The notes under the pieces: generated by a model
The model's input: the letters and a program-made list of their open reading frames with translations, nothing else
Databases searched by the model: none
Told to the model about the DNA's origin: nothing
Shown: positions 27,281 to 39,669 of the stretch, one piece after another
Position numbering within the stretch: position 1 is the stretch's first letter
How the letters are laid out: the number at the start of each line of letters is the position of its first letter
Made by a program: the position numbers and the translations under genes
NCBI RefSeq assembly: GCF_006345805.1
Contig: NC_042997.1
Span: 160,270,001-160,334,000, forward strand
Length of the DNA stretch: 64,000 nucleotides
Origin: Octopus sinensis
Taxonomy: Eukaryota
Direction of reading: 5' to 3'

Positions 27281-28410
27281 TTTAGATAACTTCTAGTTCT
27301 TACGATGCTTAATTAAAACACTGCTCTCTTGCTTTGCAAGCGAAGGCGAAAACATAATTCTTGCTGGTCGTGTGCCTGCTTAAAGCGTAGGCGATATGAT
27401 TTTGGCGCACTTTTTTCTGTGTGAACGGACTATCAAGACTACTAGTTAACACGTGGTAGTGTTAGTTTTAGTTCATGCTGGACAAAAAACTTGGGAAATT
27501 AACGAAATAAAGAAGAGTATCTTATAAATAAGAAAATAACGAACAGGAAGACATACAGCGCAACATGTGTAAAACGATTGCTGTAGAAAAGAGCTGACAA
27601 GATTTTGAATTCAAATTGCAGTTTAAGATGGAAATTATAACGACCATCAAGAATTATGTTTTCGCCTTCGCTTGCAAAGCGAGAGAGCAGTGTTTTTAAT
27701 TAAGCATCGTAAGAACTAGAAGTTATCTAAAGTAAAGAAGCTCCAATTCACAGAAAATAACTATAAGAGATTTTTAAATGGTGTATATTTGTCGAGACGA
27801 CGAGCGTTTAGTTTCGAGTTTTTAGGGAATAATTTTATTTACCTCTGAAATGTTTAGACCTCTTTCGGTGAGCTCTTCCTTTATTCACCAGTATAATGAT
27901 CTAATTTCTATTTCATTTTTTAATCCTTTGTTTTTTCGACTAGATTCTTTTGTTACTTCCAAATTCACGGTACAATTCCGCATTCTTTATTTTGACAAGT
28001 TTACTGTTCACATTAATTACCGAAGCCAACTTCACACTCGACACCAAATAGTGTGTCAACGGCACCACACGAATTTGTCCGGCATCATCGCACACATCAA
28101 TTGCATGGCACCGACTATATCATAAGACCACTCGCATCGGTTTCTCAGCACATCACACGTCAATGTCGCACATGGTCTTCCAGCAGACTTCGAACCACCC
28201 TTTCACATCGGTTTCCAGCAGGAGGCAACTCTGCAACATGTTCACTAATAGTCTTTATAGTCCGTCCACACAGTAAAAAGCGCGCTAAAATCATACTGCT
28301 CACGCTTTAAACAGTCACGTGACCACCAAGAATTAGTTTTACGCCTTCGCTTGCAAAACCAGTGATGCTCTATTTCGACGTCGTACGAAAGAGAAATTAT
28401 CTGCATATAA
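27281..28410. repeat. TIR-like element: one left arm, two inverted right arms (27640-27731 near-perfect; 28240-28410 longer, diverged)
   Basis: TTTGCAAGCGAAGGCGAAAACATAATTCTTG at about 27333 is reverse-complemented at about 27648 and about 28327. Confidence 0.8.
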
Positions 28411-28845
28411 TATATTCATGCGCGCGCGCGTGTGTGTATGTGAATGTATGCGTGCGTGCGTGTGTGGTTGTACGCATATATTTACATAAGTCCAATATAT
28501 GAGATACAACTACTTCAAAAAGAAAAAACAAAAAAACAACTCAATAAATTTGTTGACAAAGAATTTTATTGTGGATATCGAAAAGGTCAGTGCCTCGGTG
28601 AAACAAAATGTGAGAATGGAAAACCTAGCGAAGCTCACTGGCAGTGAGGTGTGAGATATGGATATTGCATGAAAAGCAGTTGGTGTGTGCGCTTCAAAAA
28701 GCTACAGGAGTAGCTGTTTAATTAGAATGAAAATATTTTTAAGAGTAAAAATGTGGTGTGATTAACTATATATATATATATATATATATATAAACTTACT
28801 TGGAGAAAAGAAACGAAACGACCAGATGGTGCTCAGTCATACAAT

Positions 28846-29710
28846 AATTTAATAAATAAAATATATGCATACATACATACATATATGTACGTACATACAT
28901 CTACATGTATATATACATGCATATATATATATATATATGTGATTACAGGACAACACAAATAAACGTAGAACACAACGAGAAACGAAAGCATAAAAACAAC
29001 TAGGAAACGAACTTTTTTTAACAACGAAAAAACAGAGTACAAGACAAACAATACAAGGAATATTCCCCTTCATCAGCTGTCCCTGGATCGACTCAATGCG
29101 TGTTTCGAAGGTAAGGACAGAACACAACTCGTCGACAATCCTTCCTGCGAATCTGAATGTATCCATCGTCTAGGCTTAAAAGACAGCCCTTAATGTTTGT
29201 TTTTTTTTTGTCCTGTTTCTATTCTTCATGTGTACTGTATTTTTTTGGACTTGTATTTTTATTTTCTATTTGTAATTGTATTTTATTTGTATTGCTTTTA
29301 CGTCCTGTTCTTGTCATGTTTTTTGTTTTTTTTTTGTCCTGTTTCTATTCTTCATGTGTACTGTATTTTTTTGGACTTGTATTTTTATTTTCTATTTGTA
29401 ATTGTATTTTATTTGTATTGCTTTTACGTCCTGTTCTTGTCATGTTTTTTGTTTTTTTTTTGTTTTTACCCCTCTGCAAAGGAATTTTATTTTAATTCTT
29501 TCGCAGGAAGGACTAGTTCGTCGGGGCGTGTTCTGTCCTTACCTTCGAAACACGCATTGAGTCAATCCAGGGACAGCTGATGAAGGGGAATATTCCTTGT
29601 ATTGTTTGTCTTGTACTCTGTTTTTCATTGTTAAAAAAAGTCCGTTTCCTAGTTGTTTTTATGCTTTCGTTTCTCGTTGTGTTCTACGTTTATTTGTGGT
29701 GTCCTGTATT

Positions 29711-29753
<43 letters not shown>

Positions 29754-29831
29754 GCATGTATATATACATGTAGATGTAGGTACGTACATATATGTATGTA
29801 TGTATGCATATATTTTATTTATTAAATTATA
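28846..29831. repeat. About 300-bp inverted repeat enclosing a 126-bp direct tandem duplication
   Basis: 28846-29152 is the reverse complement of about 29500-29831. Unit TGTCCTGTTTCTATTC.. at 29209 and 29335. Confidence 0.88.
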
Positions 29832-29920
29832 TATATATATATATATACATATATACACATACATATATACATATAATACATATATATATATATATGTGTG
29901 TGTGTTTATTTGTCCTTTTT

Positions 29921-29992
<72 letters not shown>

Positions 29993-30745
29993 GGAATTGA
30001 TAGAAAAATAAACGACGAAGACTGGTGTATGAACAACAATCTTCGCTCTCATCAGAAAAGAATAAGGGAAAATAAGCAGAGACAAAAATATATAACAGAA
30101 GCACAATTAAAGGTTACAAACCTCATTCAGCGATAGCAGAATACATCGAAGGTTCTGGCTAATTACCTATACAAAGAGTAATGAACATTAATACTCAACT
30201 TCAAGGTAACTATATAAACCGTGGTTTATATATTTTTTATTTATTATAACAATAAGATGAGAGAATAGAAGTAAAAAATAAATTGTTATTTTTCAATAAA
30301 AAAAATTGACAATCAGAGGTAGGTATCTACATCTGAAGAGATTCGACTTACAAATAAGTTTTAATTTGATTAATTAATTTTTTGAGGGTCTCAATTGAAA
30401 CATTTGTAAGGGATGTTTGTCAGATTTTTTATTAATGAATAGTAATTTATTAATTACCTCTCTGTTCTCTCATATTATTTTGTATATATAAATGTGTGTA
30501 AGAGTGTGTGTGTATATATATTTATATGTATAAATATGTGTGTGTGTGTGTGTGTGAGTACAGGGTTGGCCAAAAATTCACCCGACAGTAAATCAAGATT
30601 CCATAAATACAATCTGAAATCCCCTATTGTCTCAAATGGAAAAATGTGACGCTCAAGAAGAACTTCAATTTGAACAACTTTCATGATGTTTCATATTTAG
30701 ATGCCTTTATTAAATTCTTTCAGTTGTTAAACATAAATAACTCTC

Positions 30746-31473
30746 GGGGCGATTTCAGGGTTATTTCAAAAAGAATCCTCCCTTCGTCAGTGATACATGT
30801 GGCAAAGAAGTAAATGAGATACTTGCTCATACCCATGGAAGAAGCAAACACTAAGTCATGAACACAACTAAGTACCTCAAATAAATCCAAAATAGAAATA
30901 CTCCGGCCCATTCAAGATACGTGCGATTTGAACTGAGGCACTCACAGATTGGGAGAGTCCGGAAGTGAACACTAAATTTATATCTAATGTAGGATAAAGT
31001 TTTTTCGGAAAAATTTTTTTTATCAATGGCCAGCATATAAAAAATACCTTTAAAGGTTAAATTATAAACAACTTATAAATAAGGGCAAACGAAAAAATTT
31101 GGCATACTTGGCATGAGAAATTTTTTCGTTTGCCCTTATTTATAAGTTGTTTATAATTTAACCTTTAAAGGTATTTTTAATATGCTGGCCATTGATAACA
31201 TTTTTTTTTTTCGAAATAATTTTATCCTACATTAGATATAAATTTAGTGTTCACTTCCGGACTCTCCCACTCTGTGAGTGCCTCAGTTCAAATCGCACGT
31301 ATCTTGAATGGGCCGGAGTATTTCTATTTTGGATTTATTTGGGGTACTTAGTTGTGCTCATGACTTAGTGTTTGCTTCTTCCATGGGTATGAGTAAGTAT
31401 CTCATTTACTTCTTTGCCCCATGTATCACTGATGAAGGGAGGATTCTTTTTGAAATAACCCTGAAATCGCTCC
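30746..31473. repeat. About 355-bp-arm palindrome with about 17-bp spacer, plus a third partial copy at 31585-31708
   Basis: 30746-31100 vs 31118-31473; twin ORFs MGRSISILDLF on both strands. Tc1/mariner-like terminus TA-CAGGGTTGGCCAAAA at about 30559. Confidence 0.9.
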
Positions 31474-31765
31474 GATATGGTAATAATGGAATTTTAAAGA
31501 GATTTCTGTTGACCTTTTTCGAGTAGCGTGCGTACTGGAAAAAGTTATATGGTAAATGGACATTATGTCCAATTTTCGGCATATTTGGCATTAGAATTTT
31601 TTTCGTTTGCCCTTATTTATAAGTTGTTTATAATTTAACCTTTAAAGGTATTTTTAATATGCTGGCCATTGATAATTTCTTTTTTCGAAAAAATTTTATC
31701 CTACATTACATATATATATATATATATATGTACATATATGTATGTATACATGCATATATATATAT

Positions 31766-31813
<48 letters not shown>

Positions 31814-31849
31814 CATATATGGATTAGCAATAATACTGATATTAATAAT

Positions 31850-32134
31850 AATAATGGTATGACTATCAATAATATTAACAGTAGTAATTCCCCTAGTTGC
31901 AATTGTAGAGTTAAACACCACTGTCCATTAATAGGCCGATGTCTAATCCAAATCGTAATCCATAAGTATACAATCACAACTGTAGCTGGTAACTTTATAT
32001 ATATAGGATGTTCAATAAATATTTTAAAAAAATCTTTTAAGCTCAAACATTGGCTCAACTGTACATCCTTATCCAGCAAGATTTGGGAACTGAAGGAAAG
32101 TGGAAACGAATTTTGCCTGATTAATAATAATTAG
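31850..32134 (+). pseudogene. Penelope-like GIY-YIG endonuclease fragment
   Basis: CNCRVKHHCPLIGRCL, YIGCS, TSLSSKIWELKE in ORF 31805-32134, next to (TA)n. Confidence 0.75.
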
Positions 32135-32822
32135 ACCTAAGGCTATCATGCGTACATAGAGTCACCTGTGCATTTAAATATTTTCGAAATTAGCGTTTGA
32201 AGGAGCTATACTTCAACCTAGATTGGGGAAATTAATTTTTAGTTTCATATCTGATGTGAACTTACCCCCGAGTATTATATATAATAAAATCATGGGATAA
32301 TGAGATATATGATGAATTAAAGTGCATTGCATATACTATGTTATGCTATATGTAGTTACTGTCCTTTGAATAATCCTACCTAGTTAGTCTGACTTCATCA
32401 TGTTTTTGGTGATTAAATTATTTATTCCTTTCTATGATGTTCTACCCTACTAATCATATTATGTATTATGTAATGGCTTTTATGTGAGTAAGCCTCCAAA
32501 TTATATACCCCTGTGAAACTATAAAATCATGTATGTAATAACAAAGGTAACCTTATAACATATAAAATATCCCTTCGCTTTGAATACCCCCTACTACTCT
32601 CACTACTACCATACCTATTACTTCTGTGGGATTATCTTTATCTCTCCCCTTCCTCAAATTTTAAGACTCTGTCTCTGTAAAGTGTAAGTTATAAATATTA
32701 TCTCACAAGTCTCTATAATTTCTTAATTTGTTTTCTTATTTTGATACTTTTACCAATAAACCTCTTATCCCCTCTAAGTTGTTAATATTCTTAAATAGAG
32801 TTATAAACCTTCTAGTTACTTA

Positions 32823-34115
32823 CGAGGGACGTTCAATAAGTAATGCCTCTGACCCACTTGCAGTTGTTTGTTCTAGCTGAAATTTTGCAGGTGCAATTAT
32901 TTATATCTCTATAGATGAAGTAGCAAATTACAGCTCTGAACGAATTGTGGTTTCTGATTCACAGGTGTTTGAACTGAGTCAAGTGTGAAATGGAGCCTGT
33001 TGAGTGTCGAGCAGTGATCCGGTTTTTGTATTTGAAAGGACGCACACCACGGGAGACTTTTGATGAAATGAAAGTAACTTATGGTGATGATGCTCCATCA
33101 TATGACCTTGTAAAACGCTGGCATCGTGAATTCAAACATGGTCGGAACTCTGTGGAAACAGCTCCCAGATCTGGTGGCCCCCCTTCTGCCATTGATGAGG
33201 CATCTGTCCGTCAAGCTGAGGCTGCCATTTTGGAAGATCGACGCATAACTATTCGCCAAATAGCCCATGAGGTCAAGATTAGTACCGGGTCTGTGGAAAC
33301 TATCATTCATGACTATTTGCATATGCAAACGGTGTCTGCCAGATGGATTCCCAGGTTGCTCACACCATTCCAGAAGCAAGAACGCGTCGAGTGCTCGAGT
33401 ATGAATTTGGAGATGTGTCAAGAAGATGAGTCAAACTTTTTCAAAAGTCTGATTACACAGGATGAAACCTGGGTCCATCACAATGATCCAGAGACCAAAG
33501 CCCAGTCAATGCAGTGGAAGCACCGTGACTCACCCTCTCCAAAGAAGGCAAGGGTGCAGCCCTCCGCTGGCAAGGTCATGCTCACAGTCTTCTGGGACCA
33601 GGACGGAGTAATTATAATAGATTTCTTGGCAAAGGGTACCACAATTACAGGAGTCTATTATGCTTCACTTTTGAGGAAATTAAGAGAAGCTATCAAAATC
33701 AAGAGGCGGGGCAAGATCAGCAAAGGCATCCTCCTCCTGCAGGACAACGCTCCAGTCCACAACTCGCGTGTCGCCAGATCAGAAGCACAGGCGTGCGGCT
33801 ATGAACTCATCCCCCATCCCCCCTACTCTACTGACCTTGCACCCTCTGATTTTCCCCTCTTCTCAGCCATGAAGTTGTTTTTGAAAGGAAAGCGTTTCCC
33901 AGATGATGCAGCCTTGATTTCTGAAGTCACGTCGTGGTTGGAGGACCAAGCTGGGGTCTTCTACAAAAACGATCTCCAGAGCTGCATCAAACAATGGGAG
34001 AAATGCGTAACTCTGGGTGGTTCCTATGTAGAAAAAGACTAATAACTGTGCCAAGTTTCGTTGCTCTACTGCTATGGGAAGTGGGTCAGGGCCATTACTT
34101 ATTGAACGCCCCTCG
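32823..34115 (+). mobile_element. Full-length mariner (1293 bp), probably irritans-like
   Basis: TA on both sides. About 37-bp imperfect TIRs CGAGGG(A/G)CGTTCAATAAGTAATG.. Intact transposase ORF. Subfamily inferred from the CGAGGG terminus. Confidence 0.95.
32990..34042 (+). CDS. Mariner DD34D transposase, uninterrupted 350 aa
   Basis: N-terminal HTH region, WIPRLL (WVPHEL-like), TQDETW, LQDNAPVH, HPPYSTDLAPSDF. Confidence 0.93.
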   Translation: MEPVECRAVIRFLYLKGRTPRETFDEMKVTYGDDAPSYDLVKRWHREFKHGRNSVETAPRSGGPPSAIDEASVRQAEAAILEDRRITIRQIAHEVKISTGSVETIIHDYLHMQTVSARWIPRLLTPFQKQERVECSSMNLEMCQEDESNFFKSLITQDETWVHHNDPETKAQSMQWKHRDSPSPKKARVQPSAGKVMLTVFWDQDGVIIIDFLAKGTTITGVYYASLLRKLREAIKIKRRGKISKGILLLQDNAPVHNSRVARSEAQACGYELIPHPPYSTDLAPSDFPLFSAMKLFLKGKRFPDDAALISEVTSWLEDQAGVFYKNDLQSCIKQWEKCVTLGGSYVEKD

Positions 34116-34466
34116 TAAGTCTATGAGGGTTGATTATAACATACCCATGATAATGTACAAATATATGCATATATTTGCATGTGAGCACAGTTAAATATGT
34201 GTATATATATCTTTGCATAACTTTTTTTCTATTTTTGGTTTCTGATTCTTAGCTTATAATTATATAGCATGATTTATCGCCCCAGAATTCCATAAGTAAA
34301 TACCCAAAGCAGTCTTCATAGAAACCACATAATAAGTAAGGGATTACTAATAACAATTCAGATGCAATCTGGCTTTATCAAGTATATTGAAATAAAGGTT
34401 CTCAATATATATGTATAAACACTCTAATAAAGTATAAAGATAATAAAATAAAATGGAGAAAAATAA

Positions 34467-34854
34467 ATAGATGCTTGATTCATTTTATTTGTATCAAAAT
34501 GGAAAAGTAATGCAAAGTAAAAGTGATACATGTAAGAATAAGGATAAAAGAAAACGGATCAACAAAGCAACCAAAAAATATCCTCTCAAAATCCTACACA
34601 TGTTTCAATCCGACAGCATGTTTGAATCATCAACATTCAAACGATTGTAGATGTAAGAAAGCATATATTGCCGGGTATCTCCAAGGAAACGTAAGTATAT
34701 TTTCCGGGCTTGAATTACGTAATAACTAATTTCAGGACTGTATTTTGAAACTGGTTGATGTGTTGATCCGGTTTTTTTTATCCTTAATCTTATAAGTATC
34801 ACTTTTTGCATTACGTTTCCATTGTGATACAAATAAGATGCACCAAGTATCTAT
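34467..34854. repeat. Diverged about 105-bp inverted repeat enclosing a decayed minus-strand hammerhead
   Basis: 34467-34573 vs 34752-34854. The spacer on minus reads CC-TTGGAGA..CCGGCA...TGTCGGATT-GAAA-CATGTG-TA-GG. Confidence 0.7.
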
Positions 34855-34867
34855 AATATTTTTTCTT

Positions 34868-35113
<246 letters not shown>

Positions 35114-36069
35114 CGGTCGCTTGTTCATTAGTACCAATATGCAAACTCTGAAAGATATTTAAAAGAATTATGTTTTGCGTAGTCGCTGGATATGGCCGGC
35201 CAAAACGTTACAATTAGTTTCACGTGTATTACCGTTCTTAATATAAGTGACACATCAGATTTGCTGGTTTGAAGCAGGGAACCACTTTACTAACGGAACT
35301 AAAAATACAGTATGAGTCAGTCTGGATTGTAACAAAAAACCTGAAACGACATTCTTCGAAGGAAAATCTTGTGGGTGCTACGGATTCATTCCCCCTTGAC
35401 CATTTCCACTTGTATTTTAATTGTGTCAGTTCATATACGGTTTTTCATCAGTTGTCAGCAAGCGGAGAATTCCATGCTTTCAATGCAAATCTTTCGACAT
35501 AAGAGGACAAAATAAAAACATTTTTTGAATTTCAGAAGTCCCTAGGTGAGTATTCACAATTTTGAAAGTGAGATGCTCTTATGAGAAAATTACTAGCTCA
35601 AGAGATGGAATTCCTTGCCTACTGACTTGTGAACGGAAATCGTACATAAACCTACTCGTCCGGACACAGCTAAAACTGGTCAATGAGAAATAGCTCCACT
35701 TCACCAAGAAGGGTTTTTCCCCTCGAAGAATTTCGTTTAAGACTTTTTTTTTCAAACTTCTATCTCCATTAGTAAGGACGTTATGTGCCTCCATCTGGTT
35801 TATCGCTTGTGTTACTAATAGCAACAAGAGATGTGAAACCAATGGTAAATTTCTGACCAATCACAACCAAAGTTAACATTACATTTGTGTGTGCATGTGT
35901 GGGTTTGTGAGTGTGTGTTCGTGCGTTCGTGTGTGTGTACGTGCGCGCGTGTGTGTATATATGTATATATATATGTATGTATATATATATATCTATATAT
36001 AAATATTTATATATATACAGTGTGTGTGCGTGTATGTGTATGTGTGTGTGTGAATGTGTGTGTGTGTGC

Positions 36070-36109
<40 letters not shown>

Positions 36110-36134
36110 AATTACGTTTCGTTCTGCCAAACAT

Positions 36135-36367
36135 TTATAGAACAACTATCTCGCATATTTGCATCCCTATGTTCGGGTTGCGACAAGGAACGTCATTCCA
36201 TCCGAAATCTGCGGTTGGCACAAGGCTAACACAGTGTTCATTTCCACCAGAGGGATTAGGATAAAACCAACGAGAATATGTTAGTGCTTCTCCAGTTTGC
36301 CATACAAAGACGTTCTTGTTAAGATCTCTACTTGATCCAATATAATACTGACCTGACTGCGCCGCAG
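36135..36367 (-). CDS. Lectin copy B, terminal exon: CTLD with NPS and WND motifs
   Basis: TTTTCAG acceptor on minus strand. Reads YIGS...FVWQTG..LTYSRW..PNPSGG.EHC...WNDVPC...ICE, then stop. Colinear with copy A exon 3 apart from a 6-nt in-frame indel. Confidence 0.88.
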
Positions 36368-36480
36368 CTGAAAACAAACGGAAAACAAAAAATTTGATTA
36401 ATAATCAGCTTGAAGACATTCGTTATAATTCGATACATGTTTGAGCAAATATATTGTCTTGTAGTAGTAGTAGTAGTAGT

Positions 36481-36531
<51 letters not shown>

Positions 36532-37756
36532 CATTAGCTGTTGTTGTTGTTGCTGGTGTGATTGTTGATATTTAGCTCAGATTACTCATGACATCCTGTC
36601 TTATTTGTGTTTACATGGTGTATACTTGACTATACACTGCATTTCGAGAAACAGTCGACTCCCATCTTCTGTAAGATGAACGCTCATTCAGTGTACATAT
36701 TTTTCCTCACTGTGTCGCAGCACACTTAGAACCCACATATGACCTGCTTGTGTGCGCCGTAATTTTAGTGTACTGGAAAATTAGCGAAAAATTTTGAATT
36801 ATGGCAAAGTAATCACATAACCTAACGTATATATTAATTTAAATTGATTTCTTGTTACGTACATCAGTAAACTAGATACTGAAATCTCTTCGTCGATTCT
36901 GGCGGCAAGAACATTTCAGCAACTGTGACGAAATATTTCAAAATACACTATGTTTTCATGTTCTTCGTATATAAAATGAAATTAACCGCAAATTATTGTC
37001 TAATGCTGGCTATATAGCAAGTAAATTATCTATTTCTTCTGTTTGCATATGAATTCAAAACTAAACAGACTGAACCTTTCAAGTTATTGGAATTTAAAAG
37101 GATGACTATTATGAATTCGTTGATTAATTTAATCGACTCTTGCATTCTCCTACAAGCATTGATGTTGTATTGATAAAAACCAAAATCAAAATTCAAAGGA
37201 GGATTATTTCGTTGAGACTGTATTTATATTGTCAATAATGTATCTGTAATAGGGAAACTCAATACTCTAACTCGACATGATACTACTGTCGTTATTAATA
37301 CTGAAGAGGGTGTAGTCCGAAAGATGTTCCATAGAACGAAAAGATTGATTCAAAAGAAAATTCATACGTTAAATTCTCTAACTATTTATAACAATACGAT
37401 TTATAAAAAATATATTTTCTTAGTTTCAACGCTCTATTCGAATTTTTACGTATAACAAACAGTATAAAATCTAAAATAAATCATTACTTAAGTTATTCTT
37501 AACTGGCAAAGTCATTTTCTTTTGTAAACTCATTGGCAGTAAATGACAATATAAATCTTTAAACAATAAATGAAATTAAATTATTACATTTGATGTATTC
37601 CCAAAAAGAGAAACACTCAGAACATAGTGTACAAATCAGAGAAACATTAGCAGGAAAACGGAATTTTGTTTGCAAAATGGGAGGAAATTGCAATTTTGAG
37701 TGACATTAAATCTGTTATAGTTTATGATATGAGGTATATCATGTGTACATTTGTAT

Positions 37757-37812
<56 letters not shown>

Positions 37813-37822
37813 TATATATATG

Positions 37823-37898
<76 letters not shown>

Positions 37899-37937
37899 GT
37901 GTTGCATGTGTGTATTAAATAGTAAAATGTTGCTCAC

Positions 37938-38117
37938 TCCGTGATAATTGTGCTTTTAGATAGTTCATTACTTCATCATTTTTAATGTGAATAAGTCGTC
38001 CTCGATCCTTATTGCAATTGTCTGCAGCGTTATTCCATGAAGTTATCGTGGAGCCTATTTGATAACACAATCTCAATTCTGGTTGGTAAGTATAGCCGGC
38101 TGACGTCGGACATTCGG
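37938..38117 (-). CDS. Lectin copy B, internal exon equivalent to copy A exon 2 (missed by the ORF track)
   Basis: AAG acceptor, GTGAGC donor, 180 nt, open frame ECPTSAGYTYQPELRLCYQIGSTITSWNNAADNCNKDRGRLIHIKNDEVMNYLKAQLSR. 19 of 180 nt differ from copy A. Confidence 0.88.
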
Positions 38118-38380
38118 CTTTAGGAAGACAAGAGAAATATATTTCATGTGTTAGATCATTTTGAAAAGTAATGACTTATGTTAATTTCAGGACGCTACTA
38201 ACTATTATCTGACTGTTTCTCCTTCCCATTGCGCCCCAAATGAGCCTAATTTACAACTGCACACTGACAAGTAGAATTGGTAGACATTTCCTTACTAATT
38301 TCGTTTTGGAATACACAACATATCTCTTTCTAGAATTTCCTTTTCTTCAGCACTCTCTCAATCTCCTGTCAATATAGTTA

Positions 38381-39669
38381 CGAGGGGCGTTCAATAAGTA
38401 ATGCCCCTGACCCACTTCCCATAGCAGTAGAGCAACGAAACTTGGCACAGTTATTAGTCTTTTTCTACATAGGAACCACCCAGAGGTATACAGTTCTCCC
38501 ATTGTTTGATGCAGCTCTGAAGACGGTTTTTGTAGAAGACCCCAGCTTGGTCCTTCAACCATGACGTGACTTCAGAAAACAAATCTGCATCATCTGAGAA
38601 ACGTTTTCCTTTCAAAAACAACTTCATGGCTGGGAAGAGGGGAAAATCAGAGGGTGCAAGGTCAGGAGAGTAAGGGGATGGGGGATGAGTTCATAGCCGC
38701 ACGCCTGTGCTTCTGATCTGGCGACACGCGAGTTGTGGACCAGAGCGTTGTCCTGCAGGAGGAGGATGCCTTTGCTGATCTTGCCCCGCCTCTTGATTTT
38801 GATAACTTCTCTTAATTTCCTCAAAAGTGAAGAATAATAGGCTCTTGCAATTGTGGTACCCTTCGCCAGGAAATCTGTCATCACTACTCCGTCCTGGACC
38901 CAGAGGACTGTGAGCATGACCTTGCCAGCGGAGGGCTGCACCCATGCCTTTTTTGGAGAGGGTGAGTCACGGTGCTTCCACTGCATTGACTGGGCTTTGG
39001 TCTCTGGATCATCGTGATGGACCCAGGTTTCATCATGTGTAATCAGACTTTTGAAAAAGTTTGACTCATCTTCTTGGCACATCTCCAAATTCACCCTCGA
39101 GCACTCGACGCGTTCTTGCTTCTGGAAAGGCATGAGCAACCTCGGAATCCATCTGGCAGACACCGTTTGCATATGCAAATGGTCATGAATGATAGTTTCC
39201 ACAGACCCGGTACTAATCTTGACCTCATGGGCTATTTGGCGAATAGTTATGCGTCGATCTTCCAAGACGGCAGCCTCAACTTGACGGACAGGTGCCTCAT
39301 CAGTGGCAGAAGGGGGCGACCAGATCTGGGAGCTGTTTCCACAGAGTTCCGACCATGTGTGAATTCACGATGCCAGCGTTTTACAAGGTCATATGATGGG
39401 GCATCATCACCATAATTACTTTCATTTCATCAAAAGTCTCCCGTGGTGTGCGTCATTTCAAATACAAAAACCGGATCACTGCTCGACACTCAACAGGCTC
39501 CATTTCACACTTGACTCTGTTCAAACACCTGTAAATCAGAAATCACAATTAGTTCAGAGCTGTAATTTGCCGCCTCATCTATAGAGATACAAATAATTGC
39601 ACCTGCAAAATTTCAGCTTGATCAAACAACTGCAAGTGCGTCAGAGGCATTACTTATAAACGTCCCTTG
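38381..39669 (-). mobile_element. Second copy of the same mariner, frameshifted, upstream of copy B exon 2
   Basis: Reverse complement of 32823-34115 with both TIRs. ORF broken (38624-39265 fragment); one flanking TA appears mutated to CA. Confidence 0.93.

Noticed and set aside
29157-29580. Hydrophobic ORFs with an internal 42-aa repeat resembling a membrane protein
   Set aside because: Product of a T-rich 126-bp tandem duplication open in two frames.
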